A DNA stretch of 63,944 bases, counting the filler, from Intoshia linei (lineage: Eukaryota > Animalia > Orthonectida), in assembly GCA_001642005.1 (NCBI GenBank). It is 5 parts of 5 records of this genome, joined end to end, with 100 filler letters (N's around TTAATTAATTAA, not from the genome) between each part and the next. Parts side by side here need not be neighbours in the genome. Positions count along the whole stretch, not along the records: positions 20,326 to 37,120 come from LWCA01000841.1; positions 37,221 to 60,871 come from LWCA01000556.1; 3 more parts are not named here. One strand, given 5' to 3'. Every line of letters begins with the position of its first letter. The first letter of the stretch is position 1. The notes under the pieces are model-generated. The model did no database searches. It was not told the DNA's origin and saw nothing but the letters and a program-made list of their open reading frames with translations. Positions 26,661 through 38,865 of this stretch are shown piece by piece. The translations under genes and the position numbers were made by a program.

Positions 26661-28099
26661 ATGTAAGTAAATAATAATATTACATTCAAAATTACATATA
26701 GAATGTACAAAAGTACAACGTACATTGAAATACAAATTACAATTTGAATTGCAAACAGATTTAGATATTCCTTCTGTATATTCTTCAACGGGTGTCTGAG
26801 AATTTAAAAAAAAATAATGCTTATTTAACACTTTATCTAAATTTCCCAACAATTTAGGTGGTGAAGCAATTTCACCGATAAAATCTTGATTACTTTGATC
26901 TTCGAAAATGTGTATAAGAATAATTTTGTCAATGTAGGCAATTTTGATCAATTTATTAACACTGTATTAATCATCTAATTGAATTTTTTTCGTAAACAGC
27001 AAAATTATATTCAGATTCGCATTTGTATTATTTTTGTACATATCTAGTAGTAATTCTAATCCTTTAACAATATAATTGCTGAAATCATAATGTATAAAGG
27101 GTAAATCATTGACAATATTTTTAATCTGTGTAAAATCTTCGCAAAATGTCAAAACTGCTTCGTCTCGATTAGAATACGTAATAACACTAACTCTGGTTCC
27201 CCCTCGTCTAATATTAAAATTTTCCAAAACATTAATGGTTATATCCTTTACTTTTTCCCATTCGTCCAGTGTTTTTCCATACAACATTATTGTCATGTCA
27301 TAATCAATTGTGCATTATTCTATAAATTATGAAATATACATTTTATTTAAATTACCACAATTTCCTAAGCCAATCAACAGAAAAAAAAAATTGTCATACT
27401 CTTTAAAAAATTTAAAAACATTAAATCAATGAATAATGTAGAATAGGTTTAATGTTCTTAAAAATATTATGAAAATGCATGACTCGATACAATTTTAGTA
27501 AATTTAATTGAAATAGAATTTAAGAGAAAATTGTTAAATCAGCTGTAACAATATCGATAAACTAAATCGTTACATTTTCTAATGAGCGTGCAAATGTTTG
27601 ATAAAATTATATTTTTATATCACACATCTTGAAATTAAAATTATTTATTTTGCTTTATTAATCTTTTTAATATTAATTATTTATTAACTTGATATCTATT
27701 AGGTCGTTTCATATGTAATGTCGTTTTTATTGTAACTTTATTATAAATCATTATATCTTTACAAATATTTACTGTAAGTACGTTATTTTTTTATTTTTAC
27801 GAAATATGGAAAAATGTGTATTCGATGAAAGAGTAATTTCCGATGACAAACATATTTTTAATTAGTATTTAGAGAAACAAGTTGGATGATTATGTCAACG
27901 GTTTGTTACCACAAAATTGTATGTATGTCAGTGACAGCTAAACTTTTCAGCGCCATCTTTTAAGATGTAAAATAATGTCTCGTGACTTTTACAATAAAGT
28001 AATTAATAAATGTCTGATGAGAAAATTTAATCGATGGAACGCTTTATGTTGTAACTTTGATAGTTGAAATTGAAAACCTACGGTTTTTTAAATGGAATT

Positions 28100-28281
28100 T
28101 AAAAAGATGGGCTTTTTGACCCTTAAGATGTATGGTTGGGAGGTTGAAATTTATTTTGCAAATATCCCGAAAAAACTGCAATTGAAATATGAACTTTATA
28201 AAATTTTAAGACTAGTAGTTATTGAAATAAACGGTAGCACACACACAAACAAATATTGCATAGCATATTATATAGTAAGGA
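28100..28281 (-). mobile_element. Helitron-like family copy, single module
   Basis: TTTTGACCCTTAAGATG...GGGAGGTTGAAATT...CACACACAAAC...GCATATTATATAGTAAGGA|T. Confidence 0.7.
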
Positions 28282-28312
28282 TTAATAATTTATTATGTAT
28301 GTAAGTCTACTT

Positions 28313-31199
28313 TTAAAGTTTAATATTTGTATAGCGACGTCGTTTGTGCAAAAACAAATATGCACCAACTAAAATAAAGAATACTCCAATGAGAGAAATA
28401 CCGTAAATAAGAATTATGTAGAATGAATTGTGTTGAAAACCCTGAGATACATGAATAATGTATTTCAAATCTCCATCGTTTTTATCAGGAGTAATACCTA
28501 AAATATTGCACATTAATTCGTAGATATCGATTTGGCGTATAGGTTTATCCGGTTTAAAAGATTTTCGAAAATATCCACCATATCCAATGAAAATAGGATT
28601 CATTTCTTTGTTTTCAGGTCCATATCCATGATTTCCCTTTACTAGGATAGAAATATATTTATAAAGAAACAATCATTATTTAATAATGCAGAACAAAATG
28701 TTATTATACCTTGCAAAGTGATACATGTGATAGTGTATAAGTGACCCAATAACCCGTAGCATATTCAATGCCCACTACGGAATATAATTTCAGAATAACA
28801 ATACTTATACACCAGCGTTTTTAACCTTTTATAAATTTAACAACCATTAGACAGACTAATTATTTCCTATATTAAAAAATGATACTGTAAAAGTCAACAT
28901 AAAAATCATATTTTATTGATATTTTTAAAAACCACCCTATTGATATTAAACATGATCAATATCAACATTAATGATAAAAATGAACATAGAAGCTGTTTTT
29001 GATAAGATTTAAATTATTTGTTATTTCAATTAAAGCAAAATGTTAAGCAATATTTTTCTCAAATACATAAAAGCAACAAAACGATATAATCAAAAAAATC
29101 AAAAATAAGAAGTAATAAAATTTTTTGGTTATTGTTTATCGGAAAGAAGTTATCATATCTAAGTTTTGTTCTAGATCAAAGAACTCTCATACAGAACCGT
29201 ATAAGGGACAGGGCCTACAATAACGAAGGCCTACCACAGTGATGACAAGACTTTTCAGTTAGCGTGTCAAAACAATTTTTTAATGTCTTCTTTTCTAGTT
29301 GTGTGTCACTTTTAAATTAAAATTCACATTTATCATTAAAATTTAATGATAAATAATTTTAGGTACGTATAATATACATTTTTGCATAATTATATGCAAT
29401 GCATATTATGCATTGAATACAATTTAAATAATGTAAGTTGCCAGAATTCGAGAAATTAAATCGTTAATAAAATCCCAAAAAATTGAGCTAGAAACAAATT
29501 TAAAAAAACAAACTGTATAACTAAACATGGAGAACAATATTATAATGTCACCAACATGTTTAAAAGCTCAAACGCCAATTTCCGTTAAAGTGAAGTTTAG
29601 TTTTAAGTCCTCCATAATATTTTTAAAGTGATATTTAAAACGTGCACTGCGAATTCGTTTATGATGATTTTTATAAATTTTAATACGGCTATATACCTAA
29701 AAAAATATTTTAATTCAGTTTAAATCTACATGTTTATCAAAAACGCAAAAAAACAAAAAAAGTTGACACTCAAATGTACAGCACATTCGAAATTATTTTT
29801 TTACATAATTCACTATTATTTTCCAAACAAATGAAACCATCAAGAATAATTGATCATCTAAAAATCAAACACTTTGATAAAGTAAATAATGATATTATTT
29901 ATATTTCTTACCCTGTAGTACCCTGTATTTTTGATTTAAAAAAAAAGTTAACACCATAATGTACATACAATTATGTACATTTCATATAATTTTAAATAAA
30001 ACGATAAAATGTAAACAAATAAACAGAATGAAGCAAATTTCTTTAAGAGCACCCTCAAAATCTTGCGTAACCTAGTCATTATGCTCTATAAATAATTCTA
30101 ATAATAAGTATGTGGATTTTGTGATATTCAAATTCATCAATAGTATCTATCGCAAAAACCTTAGCGGTATCATAATTTATTGATATTATCAATGATTGAT
30201 CCTCAAAAAGTTAAAAAAATAATATGGAGCCTAAAATTTTCATTTGACCCGAGCGTACTGCTAGTTCTCTACTAAATCCATTCCACTCTGGTTTTACTCT
30301 ATTTATTATATATCACAAATAATTTATTTACTTTAATTATGCATTATACCACATAAACTACCTTAATTCACTTAATCTAAAATTTACATTGTAAATACAG
30401 TATTTTCTTCGTAATTTACCAAATATGGCACAATGTATATTACTAACATTTTGCTACATAGACAATGTTTGGTAAATTAGGGAAAATATGCAACTTATAA
30501 TATTTAACCTTTATCTATTGATACAATCTTTTCGTATACCTCTTCTGTATACGGTCCATATTCATGCCCATTATAATCTGGTTGATCGTGATACAATACG
30601 CCTAAAGTGATATTTTCATTTTCTTGCATCATTTTAATTAATTTTTCAAGTTTTTCCGAAAATGAAGAACCTCCAATATATGTTTGATAATAAGAAGCAG
30701 GATATCCATGTTTTGGAATATCATTGTCTCTTAATTTAGTTCCAGAAAGCCATTCAAAAACTATAGATTTATCATTTGGACGAAATGGCATAGTGCAATT
30801 GATGGGACCATTTTCAACTAAAGACCAAATTGGTTGGATACTTGTTAAATAGGCACCATTAAAAGCATCTAAAGTAATGTTGTAATTGTATTCAATATTT
30901 TTGTTTGAATCATAGAAATGTGATCCATATATTCCGTGATTTTCAGAGTATAAACCTGTAACAATGCTGATTAAAGAGGGAAATGTTTTTGTTTGATAAA
31001 TGTTCTGCACTCGTGAAAATACACCATCATTAATGAAATGTTTAAAATTTGGCAACGCATATTTATTTTCTATTTTAGACCAGTAATTATAAGAAAAACC
31101 ATCCAAACCAATCAATATTAGCCTTTTTCGATCTTCCAGGGAAAACAAAGATCCGAATAAAAACAATAAATATAACATAGTGTAAATAATATTAAGCAT
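28313..31199 (-). pseudogene. ENPP-family ectonucleotide pyrophosphatase/phosphodiesterase paralogue, internally deleted
   Basis: Exon 31199-30509 has a signal peptide, LILIGLDGF, TKTFPS, TGLYSENHGI and QPDYNGHEYGP. Last exon 28641-28313 has GNHGY, MNPIFIGYG, IDIYELMCNILGI and a TM helix. The IITSDHG segment present in the neighbouring copy was not found. Confidence 0.8.
29770..29900 (+). mobile_element. hAT (Charlie/Buster-like) transposase fragment
   Basis: MKPSRIIDHLKIKH resembles the MKPS.L.RHL...H BED-finger end. Confidence 0.5.
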
Positions 31200-31519
31200 T
31201 AATGGGAATTGGTTATTGCATATATTTTAATTAAGTTTGCATAGAGGTTATTGGAATAATAACGATAGTGATTAGCATGGATATTTTACCATACTATGCC
31301 TGAAAAAAATTCGAGTCATCTAATCATTATATTCTAACGTAAAAATTATAGTACATTTCAATATGTGCATAAGAAACTCAACTAAGAAGCGAAAATCAAT
31401 GTCATTTTCTTGAATTATACTTTTTATGTACTTTTATTTAATTATTATTAGTTACATATTTTTCTCTTTAAAGACATTTTTTTATTTACATTATAAAATG
31501 TTTCAAATTAAATTAACCC

Positions 31520-32030
31520 TTTACTACTCGCAAGATGACATTTTTGGAAAAATTCAAAATCTTATATCTTCACGGCCAAAGCCCATATACCCTTTTTTAT
31601 AAAAATAAAAAAAGTTCTAGAATTTTAAACAACATAAATTCTGCGATAGTTTTTAAATTCATAAGCATTATCATTAATGGCAACATCAAAAAAGATAATT
31701 TCACGGTGATAAACCAGATTACCCTTTTTTTTAAATGAAAACAGCCCTAGAATTTACAAAGAATTACAGATGATAGTTATATCCAGTTAACACACAAATA
31801 AAATTTCAAAATGATAAAGTGATGCCTTCATGGTCAAAAAAGCACTTTAGTATTGATATTTTTTTTCCAAACTATTTTATTAACAAAAACAAATAATTTG
31901 AAATAGTTAACGGTCTAATAATCAAAAAAAAGAGAAGATTATTCTGATATTTTTTTCCAATTGATATAAATACAAAATTTCAATTTCAGAAATCTACGTA
32001 TTTTCGGTGAAAAATAAATACTCATGGTGT
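31520..32030 (+). mobile_element. Modular Helitron-like family copy (internal modules)
   Basis: Reverse-complement match to 1040-1700 (CTTCACGGCCAAA, TTCACGGTGATAAA, CTTCATGGTCAAAAAAGC modules; AAATCTACGTATTTTCGGTGAAAA). Confidence 0.6.
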
Positions 32031-33895
32031 ACAGAGTATGTTAATCACCGTTTATAACTTAACATCTTACTTTAGTAATTTTTATTCTAGCTGTCTTAGT
32101 TGGATTTTTATCAACAATTGAATTTCTTAAATTTAGTATATAAATGTAAAGTGAAAAAAAAAATTTTATTAGCAGATTTAAAATTTCATTTCAAATTTCT
32201 AAATGTTTTTAAATGTTGTTTTAAAATACATTTGTAAATCATACATTAGAACGTCTAAATAATATGTTGGTAAATATTCATCTTTTCATATCCTAGTTTT
32301 AATCCTTTTAAAATTATAATTAAAACCTCACATTTGTGTTAAAATGTATTTCTGTGTAATTCTAAATGGGTTTAGTTCCCAACTTGGAATATATAAACCC
32401 TCTATAACAGTGATGGCAGCCAACTAAAACTAGGTGAGTTAAATTTAATACTATTTTCAGAAATTTTTTTTCTAGTGGGTTTTTATTAAAAAAATATTAG
32501 GCCAATCAAAACCGTCAATTAAGTCGAACAACTTGATGATGGAAAATGAGTTAAAAAAATAATTTTTACATTTATTTTTAATTAAAAAAAATATTTGTAA
32601 TATTTATTTTCTATATCACGATAGAATATTGATAGTTTACAGTCAAATTCCTTAATACTAAACAGTACAACAAGGCTCCCGTACCCTTCAAATTTAAGGT
32701 TAAGTTTATTTAAATAAAGGAAAAATCAGTAAAAAACCTAAGACTAACAATCCGATCGTTATTATCTAATTGAGAGTTATCTTTATATCTTAAAAATGTT
32801 TTAATTTCTGATAAGCATTCCACAAAGCGCTCAAGAACTTTACCTCTACTGAGCCTTTGATATTGCTGTACATAAGCACTCCATTACAACTTGATTCTAC
32901 TTCCTTTAACATCAAAGTGAATTCTCTTTTGTGTAAGGCGCGTGCTTAGATGTAATTAATGATTTTCGTTACAGTGATAACAACCATATTTAAGTGACTC
33001 AGAGCTGTTTTAGAGCAGATTACTTATTGGTGTATAATGCAATGAAATCCAACCAGAGGATGACCATGAAATTTGAAAAATTGGCTATATATCTTTGAAT
33101 TTTATAGATAATTTTAGATGTATCAAAATATCGTTAATTATTTTAGTACTATTTTTTATTTGAAGTCAACTTATATATTTTTTCAAGTGTGTAAAAAAAA
33201 AATCTCAAGTGTATATTTTTTACACGCAAACACGTACTTTTCCATCACTGTTCTATAATATAAATTATAAACAGTAGAGACTGGGAAAGAGTTCTTCGTT
33301 GTATACCATGACCATGCTCAATTTTGACAGAATAAATCACATGATCCTCCAATAATTATTGTAATCTCAAAATGTTCACTCCCGGGTGCATATATACCAC
33401 TTTGGTTTAGAGTTTAAAGAGATTTGAAGATTTAGATCAAGGTTTCCTAACTTGGGCTATTTATAAATTTTACAAAATAACAACATATAGGCGAAAAACA
33501 GAAAATCTTTAAAAATAGACGAAAGAGAGACCTTAGATTATTTTTAACTAGAATTGAAAGAAATAAAATGTTAACAAAAAATTAAGATGGAATAATTCAC
33601 TTTAAAGTAAAAAGTAATGTGATATGATGGTTTCACCTGAACAAAATTTGGGACCACTACTTTAAAGGATTGATAATAGTGAATAGTAGGATTCTTAAGT
33701 TAGATTTTCAACGTGAATATATTTTTTTGGTATAATAAACATGTGCCCTCGGTAGAGTTAGGTGCTTTTTGTACGTAGTACATTACAGTCAACCTAATTG
33801 AATGTATAAAGATTAATATATGATGTAATATAATGACATTTAATATCAAAAATTTGAATACATTGTAGAATCAATACAAATTAAAAAATATATTT

Positions 33896-36169
33896 TTACA
33901 TATTAACATTTGAATAATGTCGTCGACGAGAGAGTAATATGTATGTACCAATCAAAATTACAAGGAATACTCCAATCAATGAAAGAATAAAAACGAGGAA
34001 TAATAAGGATTCATTTTGTTGAGATACATGAATAATATATTTCAAATCCCCATCGTTTTTGTCGGGAATTATACCAAGAATATCGCACATTAATTCGTAT
34101 ATATCTATTTGACGGATAGGTTTATCGGGTTTAAACGATCTTCTAAAATATTTACCATATCCTATAAAAATAGGATTCATATCTTTGTTTTCTGGTTTAT
34201 ACCCATGATTTCCTTTTTCTAAATTAGAAAAAAATTATTTGTTTAGAAACAAGGAATACATTGCAATTTATTTTACATTACACTAAGTGTTTTTTACATA
34301 AAAACGTGTAAAATAGATCAAGTATCAACTGGAGTATGGACAATACCGTATGGTCCGATCATTAATTACCATTAACAAAAAAGACCCGTATGCTAGGCCG
34401 TGTTCAAAACATAATACAATTTATTTTAATGATCTTAATTTGTCATAATAAGACCAGTTTAATTAATTAAAAGATGAGTTCAACTGGAATTAATGTCATT
34501 ATAATTATTAAATATTATTATTATTAAAAATATAAATTATTATACTGATACAGTATATTAAAATTGACCTATAGAAAAAATTAGAACCACAAAATTCTAC
34601 GGATTCTCGGTAAAAAAATAATTTTTAATATACTATAAACCAATTTGTTAATTTTTGAATAACAATTTAAATATTCATTGTACAAATTCAAAAAAAGTGG
34701 GAATTGGTCGTATATATATTTGAAATACAGACATAAGGGTTTCAATCCATTACGTAAACTCAATTAATTAAATATTCACAAGAATCATCAAAAAGCATAA
34801 TCTTAGTTTTTTGACGTATAACGCTGTTAAAAATTTACTAGCTATTTAAAATATTACTAAATAAAAACGTATAAATGAATGTAAATGTGATGTTCACATA
34901 AAAATGCTACATTACTACGTGTATTTTGACAATATGACATAATATTATTCCCAAAATTTAGTGGTAGGTAAATTGCAGCCAGATATAAATAAAAATTAAC
35001 ATTACGGTGTTTTTAACCTGTAAATTTTATCCTCAAATTGTACACTTTATGTTCATCAAATGGATCAACTTTGATTCGAAATTAAATTACCATTGTTAGG
35101 AGGGTCTTTTGTATTCAATAAACAACCATAATTTGCCAAAACAAACATACGCGATACTCTATGAGAATTTTTATAGTGGTATTTTGAAGGAAAATGATTT
35201 TTATAATAGACGGTTAGATTAGTCTCCTTTTGCAGTAAATCAAATATAACCACCAATTCTTTGTCTAAAATAAAAATAAACAAAAGGAAAATTAAAAAAA
35301 CCGTCATTGGATTCAATGCCGACCAATACATCATTCCCATAGAATTTTACTTTATCAACATAATCTTTTAAAACTTTATGTAAATCAACGGAACAATTTT
35401 GTTTAACCATTGTCATACCATGGTCGCTGGTAATTATTAAATTTACATCATTTAAATTGGAATTCAATTTTTCATTCAACTGGTACAAACCATTATCTAT
35501 TGATACAATCTGATTATAAACTTGATCGGTATACGGTCCATATATATGTCCATCATAATCTGGTTGATTGTGGTACAATACCCCCAAAGTGATATTTTTA
35601 TTTTTTTCCATCATACTAATTAATTTCCCAAGTTTTTCTGAAAATGATGAAGTTTTATTGTATACTTGATAATACGACGCTGGGTATCCATGATGGTTTA
35701 CATCATTATGCCCCAGTTTACTTCCTGAAATCCATTCAAAAACTGCAGATTTATCATCTGAATGAAATGGTATTGTGCGATTGATGGGTCCATTTTCAAC
35801 TAAAGACCAAATTGGTTGAATATTTTTCAAATAGGCTCCATTGAAGGTACTATCGGTTTTATTAAAATAGTATTCCGTCTTCTTGGCATAATCATAAAAA
35901 TTTTGTCCATATATTCCGTGATTTTCAGAGTATAAGCCAGTAACAATGCTTATCATAGAAGGGAATGTTTTCGTCTGATAAATATTATTAACCCGGCCAA
36001 AAACACCTTTATTTATAAAATGTCTGAGATTTGGCAAATTATGTTTTTTTTCAATTTTAGACCAGTAATCATAGGAAAAACCATCCAAGCCAATCAATAT
36101 CAATCGTTTCTGTTCTTCTAGAGCAAATATCGATCCAAATAAAAATATAATATATATTAGTTTTATCAT
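33896..36169 (-). CDS. ENPP4/5/6/7-like type I membrane ectonucleotide pyrophosphatase/phosphodiesterase, 3 exons
   Basis: Exons 36169-35302, 35264-35091 and 34218-33896 (first intron 37 nt). Motifs GLDGF, TKTFPS, PIW, QPDYDGHIYGP, NLIITSDHGM, YHYKNSHRV, GNHGY and a C-terminal TM helix. Confidence 0.92.
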
Positions 36170-36692
36170 GTCGCAATAAAATGTGTTATGTACAAAAATT
36201 CTTATAGTTTATGCAAATAATAAGTTTAGTGATTCCTTTTTTTATTGTTTATATAGTTGCAAATATTTTCACTCAGAAAATAAAGTTTATTTAAACTTAT
36301 CAAACAATGATTTCTATGTACCAGACTCGTCAAAGTGTTTTATGGGTACACTTGTGTTCCATCAACAATTGTGTACAGTGTATATTAGGGTGTCACATTT
36401 AAAAAAAAAATTTAGAAATTCAAAAACATACCAGGTAGATTAGATGTAATTTAATCAAAAATGACAATCCGATGACTAAATTTGAAAATGGATCATTAAC
36501 GAATGTGCGTTGATCAATTAAGTAACAATTAACAAAAAATAGCTAAATCTATGTTTATTTTCATGTTTGTATTAATTTTTTTTACAAAAACTTAAATTCA
36601 TGCTTCGTTTGTGTTGAAAATTTAACAAAAAGTTTGTATAAATTAATAAATAATGTTAAGCTGCATCATGTACCATTGACGTTACTCTATAA

Positions 36693-37120
36693 CAGGGATG
36701 GGCATCTGCGGCCTCTAATGCTTAAAAATACAGCCTCTCAGAAAAATTTTAATTTCTAAGTAAAAATTTTAATTGACAGTTAAAAAAACGATATATTGCC
36801 TTGAGAAGTAGTTTATCTTATAATAAATGCATCTTGAATTTAAAATCTTACTTTTTTTCAATATTCTTGTCATATATAAGATTCATCAATTTTTTCACTT
36901 TTAAAGAAATAAAAATTTTTACCCCCATCGGATGTCAGCACAAAAGAAACGAAAATATTCATCAGAAAACAGAATTTTCAATATAGAGTGGGAAAACGAC
37001 TATTTTTTAGTTCAGAATAAGTTTGGAATGATTTGCCTGATCTGCAGAAGCAATATCTCAATAATTAAGAAATGCAACGCTGAAAAGCACTATAAACTTC
37101 ATTTTAATAATCAGATTACC
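36693..37120 (+). mobile_element. hAT (SPIN/GTF2IRD2-like) transposon 5' end, cut by gap
   Basis: CAGGGATGGGCA terminus, then ORF KKRKYSSENRIFNIEWENDYF...CLIC...KHYKLH (BED finger). Confidence 0.85.
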
Positions 37121-37220
37121 NNNNNNNNNNNNNNNNNNNNNNNNNNNNNNNNNNNNNNNNNNNNTTAATTAATTAANNNNNNNNNNNNNNNNNNNNNNNN
37201 NNNNNNNNNNNNNNNNNNNN
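37121..37220. other. Assembly gap with artificial linker
   Basis: N44-TTAATTAATTAA-N44. Confidence 0.97.
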
Positions 37221-37289
37221 TGCCGAGGGCACATTTTTATTCTATCAAAAAAATAAATTCACGTTGAAAATCTATCTAAAAATCCTTTA

Positions 37290-37671
37290 ATAATCGGACT
37301 GTTAATTATTTCACATTTTTTGTTTTAATAAAATATTTTGTAAAAAAATATATTAATACTAAAATGCTTTTTGACGGTGAAGGCTTCACTTATTCACATT
37401 GAAATTTTTTCTGTGTGTTAACAGGATACAACTGTACAAACTGTAATTTTTTTTAAATTCTCCAACTTGTTTGATGTTCAAAAAAATAACAATTTGGGTT
37501 TTTGATCCGTAAGATGTGAGTTTGGGAGGTTGAAATTTATTTTGCCAACACCCCGAAAAAAACTGTCATTAAAATGTGGACTTTATAAAATTCTAAGACG
37601 AGTAGTTATTTAAATAAAGTGGAACACACACAGGCAAAAAAAAATCGCGTAGCATATTATATAAGTAAGGA
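37290..37671 (-). mobile_element. Helitron-like family copy, two modules
   Basis: Module starts at ~37368 and ~37499, and the same terminus GCATATTATATAAGTAAGGA|T. Confidence 0.7.
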
Positions 37672-38059
37672 TAATAAATATATATTTTATAAAAAAAATC
37701 GGATAGTCTACTGACAATTTTCCTAAGTGTAAATCAAAATGAAAACCGTATGATGATTAATTAAAAAAACAGTTATCTTACCTAATTCGGATATCATGCT
37801 CTCCTTGAGACTCATTGCGACGTCTCATCTTATTCCTTTTCGCAATTTTGTTACTGAATCTCACTTTTCTTTTTGTCATTTTATTATTATTATTTCAAAC
37901 ATTGTTGAGTAAAAAAATAACGAAACGTTTATAATTTAGTAACCAAGTTGTAGTTTTATAAATTCGTTGCTGTAGTTTTAATTTAAAATAAACTATTTGT
38001 TTTGAAAATGAGAATGTGAGATTTAAAAATTGTGAAGGATGAATTATATAGATTTTCAC

Positions 38060-38865
38060 CCATATTTCTTAATTAGAAATGTGTAGACGTTCAATGCACA
38101 TTTTTTTGAAATTGTAGGATCAATATTTACATTTTCATTTTTGATTTTTAATCGTAATGTTTGAAAAATACTAGTTGATAATATATTAAAAATTATTTTT
38201 CACCGGGAATGCGTAGATTTCTGGGGTTGAACTTTTGTATTTATATCAACTGGAATAGGCTCTATCAGAATAATCTTTTTTTTTTATTTTCGGACCGTTA
38301 ATTATTTCACATTTTTTGTAAATAAAATTTTGAAAAAAAATACTCCAGAGTATATGAATATTAAAATGCTTTTTTGACCGTGAAGGTGTAACTTATTTAG
38401 ATTGAAATTTTTTTAAGTTTAAAGATATGATGATATTTATGATTTTAAAATTCGTATCAAGGTATATATTTTTTTAAATTCTCGAATTCGTTTGATTTTC
38501 AAAAAAATAAAACAATTGGGGTTTTTGACCCGTAAGATGTGAGTTTGGGAGGTTGAAATTTATCTTATTATATGCCCCGAAAAAAACTGTAATTGAAACG
38601 TGGTCTTTAAAAAATTCTAAGAGTGGTAGTTATTTCAATAAAGTTTTTGACCCGTAAGATGTGAAATTGGGAGGTTGAAATTTATCTTATTATACGGTTT
38701 TTGACCCTTAAGATGTGAAATTGGGAGGTTGAAATTTATCTTATTATACGCGGAAAAAACTGTAATTGAAATGTAGACTTTATAAAATTCTAAGACTGGT
38801 AGTTATTGAAATAAACGGTAACACACAGACAAAAAATATTGCAAAGCATATTATATAAGAAAGGA
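38060..38865 (-). mobile_element. Helitron-like family copy with internal tandem triplication
   Basis: GTTTTTGACCC(G/T)TAAGATGTGA..TTGGGAGGTTGAAATTTATCTTATTATA occurs at 38521, 38643 and 38697. Family terminus at 38865. Confidence 0.75.

Larger units (their letters stand above)
20675..27397 (-). pseudogene. Secreted multi-VWA/EGF extracellular-matrix gene (matrilin/collagen-VI-like architecture) with many in-frame stops
   Basis: Signal-peptide exon ~27356-27397. VWA domains at ~27300-26745, 26336-25720, 24735-24170 (LLDASQSIG, IITDG), 23590-23040 (IDTSGSI), 22010-21540 (VLDASGSI, LATDG) and 21380-20680. EGF modules DLNECLINPCGRNGDCIDLIGGKMCKCKSNYGGEFCE (23660-23772), HCYQNKCKNNSECKNLFNRYECICANNFSGKFCD (22063-22174) and CNSNGRCVSKFGLYACECNSLYANKFCD (~21395-21480). 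13 in-frame stops plus a few frame and splice lesions. Confidence 0.85.

Noticed and set aside
33745-33795. GCCCTCGGTAGAGTTAGGTGC, superficially tRNA-like
   Set aside because: No cloverleaf or T-loop. It belongs to a dispersed repeat also seen at ~37221, ~39237 and ~57526.
38521-38760. Three near-identical ~50-bp repeats resembling a CRISPR array
   Set aside because: Tandem duplication inside a dispersed repeat, with no unique spacers, no cas genes and a eukaryotic context.
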